The translations under genes and the position numbers were made by a program. This document shows, one piece after another, positions 57,594-64,000 of a stretch of DNA of 64,000 nt. The stretch is taken from positions 124,001 to 188,000 of the IMG/VR virus record IMGVR_UViG_3300017917_001123; one strand, written 5' to 3'. The notes under the pieces were generated by a model. That model was not told where the DNA came from, did not search any database, and saw only the letters and a program-made list of their open reading frames with translations. The first letter of the stretch is position 1. Each line of letters opens with the position of its first letter.

Positions 57594-58804
57594 TAATTAT
57601 CCGCCTTTGGTCTTAGCACCTTTGATAGAGCCTGGCGCTGAACCACAACCTTGTTAGCAATAGTTGCAGTTGATGTATTGTTAATAAATCCAGAAACTTG
57701 TGTTTGTCTTGTTTCACTCTTAGGATGAGTGTCAGTTCCATCAACTGGCTTATTAGTTATATCCATTCTAACGTTGTCTTCAAACTTAATCCAATGTACT
57801 CCGTTAAATCTAAACATTCTATTTGGAAAAAAGTCTGTACGTAAGTGGAATTGTCCAAGAACTGGATTTGTTGGCCACTCAATGCCAAAACTATACGGAG
57901 CACCATTTGGCGGTGTACCGTCTTCGGTTAAGTAACCTACGTAAAATTCTTTGTCAGGAGTTCGAAGTACAACTGATGCGTCAATTGCTCCTTCGTGTGT
58001 AATATCAACATCAGTATCACTAGCATCTTCAATGTCAACTTTGCCTTCTTCATTTAATGGAACAACAAAGAAAGGAGTCGTATCGTATCCGCTACGTGGA
58101 GAATCTGCTTCTGCTTGAGCAATTACAGCTTCGTTAACAGCAATAGCATTATTAACAGTTGATAGTAGATCTCTAATTGTATCGTTAGTTTCTTCGCCTG
58201 TGCTTTCGTCAACAACTTTCTTGTCAAAAATTTCAGCAAACTCTTGACTGTCGATCATCGGAGCACACTTTAATCTAAGCAAGTGCGGATACCATGTTGG
58301 ACTAAAACCTGCCGCAGGGCGAGTTACGTCTTGAACAACATAGAAACGCTTTAGAGCTACCATAGCATTGTCTAGGGCATATTCGTCTTTTAGGTGTGGC
58401 AATTCTAAAACGTCTCCAGCCATAATCTTGCGTCCTAAAAGTTCAACGCTAGATCTTAGGTGTACGTGAATGAAGATGTTGTCGTTTTGTAAAAAGATAC
58501 CAAACTGACTTAGGTTAAAGTCGATGTCCTGCATTTGATAGATAGCACGGCAGATGTAAACATCGGGGCTGTAATGTCTATCGCGGTTTTCCATAAACAA
58601 CAAATCTTGAATTCCTAGCTCAGGAATAGGATTTGTGTTTGTAGGTAGCGACGGACTAGACTCTCCGTCTTCGGGAGCCACAGGACCCATATATTTGTGG
58701 ATGTAGATATCAGTTCCGCCCACTTGAAACTGCTCGTTAATTACACGATCTAGAAACTTAAAATCTGGGCCTTTTTCTGGCTTGTACAGGGAAAGTCTTG
58801 GCAT
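57593..58804 (-). CDS. gp14: Neck protein (gp14-like), 403 aa
   Basis: LSQFGIFLQND, GRKIMAGDVLELPH, WYPHLLRLKC pattern; divergent from the gp13-like gene. Confidence 0.65.
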   Translation of the reverse strand: MPRLSLYKPEKGPDFKFLDRVINEQFQVGGTDIYIHKYMGPVAPEDGESSPSLPTNTNPIPELGIQDLLFMENRDRHYSPDVYICRAIYQMQDIDFNLSQFGIFLQNDNIFIHVHLRSSVELLGRKIMAGDVLELPHLKDEYALDNAMVALKRFYVVQDVTRPAAGFSPTWYPHLLRLKCAPMIDSQEFAEIFDKKVVDESTGEETNDTIRDLLSTVNNAIAVNEAVIAQAEADSPRSGYDTTPFFVVPLNEEGKVDIEDASDTDVDITHEGAIDASVVLRTPDKEFYVGYLTEDGTPPNGAPYSFGIEWPTNPVLGQFHLRTDFFPNRMFRFNGVHWIKFEDNVRMDITNKPVDGTDTHPKSETRQTQVSGFINNTSTATIANKVVVQRQALSKVLRPKADN

Positions 58805-58811
58805 AGTGATG

Positions 58812-58827
58812 TATTTATAGGTAAATA
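58812..58827. promoter_or_regulatory. Back-to-back divergent late promoters TATTTA-TAGG-TAAATA (both leaderless or near-leaderless)
   Basis: 28-bp intergenic gap; 7 nt to the minus-strand ATG (58804) and 5 nt to the plus-strand ATG (58833); no SD on either side. Confidence 0.72.
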
Positions 58828-58832
58828 ATCGT

Positions 58833-59591
58833 ATGAGTGATATTCAAACTGCCCGCACGGAAATAACCGAATACTGTAAATCTATGCTAGGATCTGGCAT
58901 GGTAGATGTTGAATTGGACCCAATTCACTACAAAACAGCTATTGATCGTGCCCTATCAAAATTCCGTCAGCGTAGTTCTAATTCTGTAGAAGAGAGTTAC
59001 TGTTTCCTAACTACAGATCAGGATGTAAACGAATACACGCTAGCACCGGAAGTTATGAGTGTTCGAGAGATTTTCCGTCGCAGTATTGGTAGTAGAACAG
59101 GCGGCGGAGATACAGGTACATTATTTGAGCCGTTCAACCTAGCTTATACAAACACTTATTTGTTAAGTTCTAGCAACATGGGCGGTCTTGCTACCTACGA
59201 ATTATTTGCTGGCTATCAAAAACTTGTTGGTAAAATGTTTGGTAGCTATATTATGTTTAACTTCAACCCGGTTACAAAGAAGTTAACAATTCAACAGCGT
59301 CCGAGAGGACAAGAAACATTATTGCTTTGGGTTACTAACTACCGCCCAGAGTTTCAGTTAATTAAAGATCCATACGCAGAACTGTGGATTAAAGACTACG
59401 CTTTAGCAAACTGTAAGGTTATGCTAGGCGAAGCTCGTGAAAAGTTTGGAACTATTGCTGGCCCACAAGGCGGTACAACTTTAAACGGTGCTCAACTAAA
59501 AGCAGAAGGTCAAGCGGCAATAGAAAAATTAGAACAAGACATCATGAACTATGTAAGTGGTGAAACACCTATGTGGTTTGTAAGAGGTTAA
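58833..59591 (+). CDS. gp13: Neck / head-tail adaptor protein (gp13-like), 252 aa
   Basis: LGSGMVDVELD, WIKDYALANCKVMLGEAREKF...GGTTLNGAQLKAEG match the gp13-family pattern. Confidence 0.82.
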   Translation: MSDIQTARTEITEYCKSMLGSGMVDVELDPIHYKTAIDRALSKFRQRSSNSVEESYCFLTTDQDVNEYTLAPEVMSVREIFRRSIGSRTGGGDTGTLFEPFNLAYTNTYLLSSSNMGGLATYELFAGYQKLVGKMFGSYIMFNFNPVTKKLTIQQRPRGQETLLLWVTNYRPEFQLIKDPYAELWIKDYALANCKVMLGEAREKFGTIAGPQGGTTLNGAQLKAEGQAAIEKLEQDIMNYVSGETPMWFVRG

Positions 59592-59592
59592 T

Positions 59593-59979
59593 ATGCGAGC
59601 AAAAGAATTCATCAATGAAGCAAGCCGAGGCAAAATGACTAAGCGTCAGCAACAAGCAACACGAGGTGTTCACAAGTTTTCTGACGCAGAACATTGGAAC
59701 GGTGACTATAAAATGTATCGCATGGGCCTTGCTCTAGCCTGTACCGACGGCGAATCGATGCCAGATGTAGATTTTGAAAGTTTTGTTGGCCGCTGGAAAA
59801 TGGCCTATCCCTATTCTGATTTAGAAGTAGACATGTTAAAACGTGCCTATGAAGCAACAAAATCAGCGTATGTGGATTTAAACAACGGCGATCTTAAGAG
59901 TCAAGAACTTCCATCTACAAACACACAAAGTCCAGTATCAAACTGGAATCCGCGAAACAATCCCAAGAAAGCCAAATAA
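59593..59979 (+). CDS. Hypothetical late protein, 128 aa (possible internal head protein)
   Basis: N-terminus MRAKEFINEA; directly follows gp13-like. Confidence 0.7.
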   Translation: MRAKEFINEASRGKMTKRQQQATRGVHKFSDAEHWNGDYKMYRMGLALACTDGESMPDVDFESFVGRWKMAYPYSDLEVDMLKRAYEATKSAYVDLNNGDLKSQELPSTNTQSPVSNWNPRNNPKKAK

Positions 59980-59981
59980 GG

Positions 59982-60010
59982 TTGACCTTGTAACACGTTT
60001 GTAATAAAAT
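59982..60010 (+). promoter_or_regulatory. Sigma70-type early promoter TTGACC-N17-TAAAAT
   Basis: -35 at 59982-59987, -10 at 60005-60010, 17-nt spacer, SD GGGAG downstream. Confidence 0.72.
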
Positions 60011-60032
60011 ATAGCATCACTCGGGAGATGTT

Positions 60033-60689
60033 ATGATTATAGGTGTGTGCGGTTTTATCGGGTCAGGCAAAGATACTATTGCTGACTATCTTGTAAATTT
60101 TCACGGTTTTAGAAGAGAGAGCTTTGCTAACAGCCTTAAAGATGCTGTGGCTCATGTATTTGGGTGGGACAGGACTATGCTAGAAGGGCGCACAAAGCAA
60201 GCCCGCGAATGGCGTGAACAAGTAGATCCTTGGTGGGCAGAACGCCTAAACATGCCTAACTTAACTCCTAGATTAATGCTCCAGCTATGGGGCACAGAAG
60301 TATGCCGCAAGGGCTTCCATGACGATATTTGGATTGCTTCTCTAGAAAATAAACTCCGTAACTCAACTGACGATATTGTTATTTCAGATTGCCGATTTCC
60401 TAACGAAATTAAATCAATTCGTGATGCTGGTGGAATTATTGTGTGGGTTAAGCGCGGAGAATTGCCACATTGGTACGATTGGGCATTGAGCGTAAACAAG
60501 GGCGAAGTTCAAAATTTTAGTTGGGCTACAAGTAAAGCTAAACTAGAGCAGGCAGGAATTCACGCTAGTGAAACAGCATGGGTAGGAACAGAATTTGATG
60601 CCGTTTTAGGTAATGACGGTAGTATTGATGATCTGTTTGAAAAAGTTAAAGGTCTGGTCGAAGATCACCCCGTTTCCAAGGCAGCTTGA
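60033..60689 (+). CDS. Deoxynucleoside monophosphate kinase (T4 gp1-like), 218 aa
   Basis: IIGVCGFIGSGKDT P-loop, TPRLMLQLWGTE, VISDCRFPNE, HASE. Confidence 0.92.
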   Translation: MIIGVCGFIGSGKDTIADYLVNFHGFRRESFANSLKDAVAHVFGWDRTMLEGRTKQAREWREQVDPWWAERLNMPNLTPRLMLQLWGTEVCRKGFHDDIWIASLENKLRNSTDDIVISDCRFPNEIKSIRDAGGIIVWVKRGELPHWYDWALSVNKGEVQNFSWATSKAKLEQAGIHASETAWVGTEFDAVLGNDGSIDDLFEKVKGLVEDHPVSKAA

Positions 60690-60984
60690 GTTTGTGTAAG
60701 ATTCGCTGACAGTTAGCACACACCGTTTTTAAGTTTGCGAATCTACAATTATTCGGATCGCCGTCGACGTAATAGACGTTAAACTGTTCGGGATACTTGC
60801 TGGTGTAAGAGCACCTATCGCAAGTATCCTTTTTCTTATACCCGGCTAATTGCCACTTAGGCTTACCGGGTTGTCTATTTCTAGCACAATGATCGCACAT
60901 CGATCGATAAAAAGTCTTACCTTCTTTACGGTAATTTACAGCAACCGGTCTTTCACCGCAATTTTTACATAAATTCCTAATCAT
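60646..60984 (-). CDS. Zinc-binding HNH-like protein with degenerate catalytic motif, 112 aa (start 60984 rather than 61104)
   Basis: CKNC, CDHC, CDRC, FNVYYVDGDPNNCRFANLKTVCANC; the longer start would overlap the sheath gene and its promoter. Confidence 0.72.
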   Translation of the reverse strand: MIRNLCKNCGERPVAVNYRKEGKTFYRSMCDHCARNRQPGKPKWQLAGYKKKDTCDRCSYTSKYPEQFNVYYVDGDPNNCRFANLKTVCANCQRILHKLKLPWKRGDLRPDL

Positions 60985-61013
60985 ACCCGCCCTTTTTGTG
61001 CCCTTTTCATAGG

Positions 61014-61050
61014 TATTTAACACGCAGAAATCTGGTACATCCACTAAATA
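61014..61050. promoter_or_regulatory. Divergent late promoters (TATTTA 61014-61019, TAAATA 61045-61050)
   Basis: One motif per strand between the HNH-like and sheath genes. Confidence 0.6.
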
Positions 61051-61085
61051 CTGATACGAAAACCATTGTATGGGAGATGGAAAGA

Positions 61086-64000
61086 ATGGCCACATTAAAT
61101 TCACCAGGCGTATCAGTTAGCATTATCAACGAGAGTTTTTATACTCCAGCGGCACCGGGAACTGTGCCTCTACTTGTTGTAGCAACCGGCGCCAACAAAG
61201 CTAATGCTTCAGGTACAGGTACAGCGCCTGGTACAACAAGTGCTTACAAAGGCAAGGTATGGACAATTACTAGTCAGCGAGATTTAACTGACACCTTTGG
61301 AACACCTAAGTTTTATAGAGATTCTAACAATAATCCAATTCACGCAGGTGAATTAAACGAATACGGCTTACAAGCCGCTTACTCATTGTTAGGAGTAAGT
61401 TCAAAGGCATTTGTCCTACGTGCTGATGTTGATCTAAATCAACTAGTAGCACAAACAGATGCTCCAGCAGGTCCTCCAGCAAGCGCAAGTTACTGGTTAG
61501 ACAGCTCAAATACAAAGTTTGGTGTATTTGAATGGAACAAGACTTCAGGAACATTTACTAATAAAGTTCCTACAGTAGTTGATGGTTCTAACGCAAGTTT
61601 ATATACAACAAACGGTGACGGTGTAACCCTAAAGGGCAGTTTTGGTGCTGTAGGCTCTTACGCTATTACAACAGACAAAGGCAACACAAATGCTGTTCAT
61701 TACAAAAACAGCGACGGCAACTGGGTTAAGGTTGGTTCAGCAGGCGAAACAAGTTTTGCGTTATTAACTAATACTTCAACTTTCGTTTCTACAACATGGC
61801 AAACAAGTCACCCTGTAGTAACTGGTACTGCCGCAAATCCATCATTTGTTTCAGCCGCAGGTAGTTTAAGTGTTAACGGTCAACCTGTTCCAGTATCAAC
61901 TGGTTCAACTGTTCTTTCTATCGCAGGTGACATTAACGCAGGATTAAACAATCTAGGTGTTGGTGCTAAAGCAAATAGTCAAGGTAAACTAGAAATTTAC
62001 GCAGACGCAAATCCAGGTTTAGTAACAATTACAGGTACTGCCGCAACATTAAGTGCTCTAGGTATTACAGCAGGAACATATCAGAACGCAGAATTAACTA
62101 TTGCTCCTCACACACAATATCCAGACTACACAGGATTCCCAACAGGTTCTGTTTATGTTAAGACAACAAGTCCTAACAATGGCGCAAGCTGGGTAGTAAA
62201 ACAATATAGTGGTACTGCTCAAGCATTTAATCAAGTTTCAAGCCCAATCTACACAGATTCAGCATCAGCAATTTACGCAATCGACAGAACAGGCGGTACA
62301 GCAATTCCTGTAGGAACAATTTATGTTGAAGGTAACTTCAACGGCGGAACATCTGCTTCTACATCAAGCGGTCTTGTTTCATTAGCTGAATTCCGTGTTC
62401 AGCGTCGTGCCGCAGTTGCTCCAACAACAATTACAAGCACAGCAGGTCAAAGCGCACCAGTTCTACCAAACGGTGCTCAACTAACTGTTAAAGAATCTTT
62501 AGCTGGTTCAGCAACGTTATCAGCTGCCAAGACAATCGTTCTAAACGGAACAACTGTTGAAGCTCTTGTAACACAAATTAACTCAGCAGGATTTACAAAC
62601 GTTTCTGCCGCAGTTAATGGCAATGGCACAATTAGCATTAGCCACAGACTAGGTGGTGAGATTCTATTCAAAGATCCAGGCAACATTATGGGTGCCGCAG
62701 GATTTACTGCTTATGCCTATAACTCAAACACTGATGTTTGGGCAGGAACAGAAAATCTATATACAGCAGGTTCAAACATTGCTGACGGCTACACTCATAG
62801 AGCAAGTAACTGGCAACCACTAGTTTACACAGCTTCAGCTAGAGCACCAGAAACTGATCCAGTTGACGGAACACTATGGTACAGCTCTGTAATTAACGAA
62901 GTTGATATTATGTATCACAACGGTACTACTTGGGTAGGTTACGCAAATGCGTTCCCTCAAACAGATCCAAATGGTCCAATCGTTACAGCAAGCGAGCCAA
63001 CAGCACAAAGCGACGGCACACCTCTAGTAAACGGCGACATCTGGGTCAAGACAGGAAATACTGATCGCTATGGTCAAGATTTCTATGTATTCAACGGTAC
63101 AACATTACGTTGGGAACAACAAGATCCAACAGACCAAACATCACCGAACGGTTGGGTGTTTGACGATGCTCGCTGGGCAACAAGCGGTTCTTCTACAGAG
63201 CCATCAACAATCGTTGCTCTACGTAGTTCAAACTATGTAGATCCAGATTGTCCAGATCCAGCAAACTATCCACGTGGCACACGCCTATGGAACCTACGTC
63301 GTAGTGGTTTCAACGTTAAGAAGTTTGTTAAGAATCATATCGACATTTATAGCAACAACGGACAGAACATTCGTTTCAACAACGAACCAATGGACGGTTC
63401 TAACGCAACTGTTCCATACAGTCCAGATCGTTGGGTTTCTGTAAGTCCAAACAACGCAGACGGTTCAGGCACATTTGGTCGTCACGCACAACGTTCGTTT
63501 GTTGTATCAGCTCTAAAATCAGAATTTGATACAAACCAAGAAATTCGTGATACAGATACATTGATCTTTAACTTAATTGCTTGCCCAGGTTATCCTGAAG
63601 TAATTTCAAATATGGTAAACCTAAATAACGATCGCGCACAAACAGCGTTTGTTATCGGTGATACACCATTCCGCTTACAGCCTACAGGCTCTGAGTTAGC
63701 GGCGTGGGGTGGAAATACAGCAAGAGCAACAGACAACGGCGACAAGGGCGCAGTTACATATAACGAATATATGGCAATGTTCTATCCAAGTGGTTATACA
63801 AATGACAACTTAGGAAACTACATCGTTGTTCCTCCAAGCCACATGATGTTACGTACATTTGTAACAAGTGACCAGAAGAGCTACCAATGGTTTGCTCCAG
63901 CAGGCGCACGTCGTGGTATTGTTGACAACGCAACTGCAGTTGGCTACGTTAACGCAAGCGGCGAGTTTACTCCTGCGGCGCTACCACAAGGCTTGCGCGA
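61086..64000 (+). CDS. gp18: Tail sheath protein, >=971 aa, 3'-truncated by the window edge (absent from the ORF track)
   Basis: Manual translation: MATLNSPGVSVSIINESFY at the start; FNLIACPGYPE, FVIGDTP, WFAPAGARRG near the end, in the same frame (checked at 63567). SD GGGAG at 61072-61076. Confidence 0.93.
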   Translation, partial: MATLNSPGVSVSIINESFYTPAAPGTVPLLVVATGANKANASGTGTAPGTTSAYKGKVWTITSQRDLTDTFGTPKFYRDSNNNPIHAGELNEYGLQAAYSLLGVSSKAFVLRADVDLNQLVAQTDAPAGPPASASYWLDSSNTKFGVFEWNKTSGTFTNKVPTVVDGSNASLYTTNGDGVTLKGSFGAVGSYAITTDKGNTNAVHYKNSDGNWVKVGSAGETSFALLTNTSTFVSTTWQTSHPVVTGTAANPSFVSAAGSLSVNGQPVPVSTGSTVLSIAGDINAGLNNLGVGAKANSQGKLEIYADANPGLVTITGTAATLSALGITAGTYQNAELTIAPHTQYPDYTGFPTGSVYVKTTSPNNGASWVVKQYSGTAQAFNQVSSPIYTDSASAIYAIDRTGGTAIPVGTIYVEGNFNGGTSASTSSGLVSLAEFRVQRRAAVAPTTITSTAGQSAPVLPNGAQLTVKESLAGSATLSAAKTIVLNGTTVEALVTQINSAGFTNVSAAVNGNGTISISHRLGGEILFKDPGNIMGAAGFTAYAYNSNTDVWAGTENLYTAGSNIADGYTHRASNWQPLVYTASARAPETDPVDGTLWYSSVINEVDIMYHNGTTWVGYANAFPQTDPNGPIVTASEPTAQSDGTPLVNGDIWVKTGNTDRYGQDFYVFNGTTLRWEQQDPTDQTSPNGWVFDDARWATSGSSTEPSTIVALRSSNYVDPDCPDPANYPRGTRLWNLRRSGFNVKKFVKNHIDIYSNNGQNIRFNNEPMDGSNATVPYSPDRWVSVSPNNADGSGTFGRHAQRSFVVSALKSEFDTNQEIRDTDTLIFNLIACPGYPEVISNMVNLNNDRAQTAFVIGDTPFRLQPTGSELAAWGGNTARATDNGDKGAVTYNEYMAMFYPSGYTNDNLGNYIVVPPSHMMLRTFVTSDQKSYQWFAPAGARRGIVDNATAVGYVNASGEFTPAALPQGLR

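Noticed and set aside
60985-61104. N-terminal 40-aa extension of the HNH-like ORF given in the track
   Set aside because: It would overlap the sheath start, its SD and both promoters; 60984 is the more plausible start.
1-64000. Stop-codon reassignment (TAG or TGA recoding, seen in some large phages)
   Set aside because: The gene ends I checked are TAA or TGA and TAG stops seem avoided, but conserved genes and 13-kb ORFs are intact under the standard code, so nothing indicates recoding.
1-64000. CRISPR array, tRNA/rRNA genes, IS elements or integrase
   Set aside because: No regularly spaced direct repeats, cloverleaf with T-loop consensus, rRNA-like tract or transposase/integrase ORF found by eye; tRNAscan and CRISPR finders were not run.

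Overview
This window comes from a large, T4-related (distantly Tevenvirinae-like) myophage genome and covers the virion morphogenesis region. There is no sign of a cellular chromosome. Left end: 3' part of a gp46/SbcC recombination ATPase, two small helical proteins (one Hc1-like), a stand-alone GIY-YIG nuclease and a ~470-nt densely structured non-coding region ending in a terminator. Next come a gp26-like/gp51-like gene pair joined by a canonical -1 slippery site, a tape-measure-like protein and the head module (portal, acidic core protein, prohead protease, scaffold, major capsid protein). About 31 kb is taken by three giant fibre/appendage proteins (3591, 2296 and 4437 aa). These are followed by a lectin, a tail fibre with an S74 chaperone, a fibre-associated cassette ending in a U32-family/methyltransferase fusion, a NUDIX hydrolase, neck genes (gp15/14/13-like), a dNMP kinase, a degenerate HNH protein and a 3'-truncated tail sheath gene missing from the ORF track. 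Late genes are preceded by a TAAATA motif. The most striking observation is that the 3591-aa protein carries 17 repeats, mostly ~162 aa apart, each with a C-x-R-D-x-G/D motif that aligns by eye with the bilin-attachment helix of phycobiliproteins. All family assignments are from motif recognition by eye; no database searches were run.
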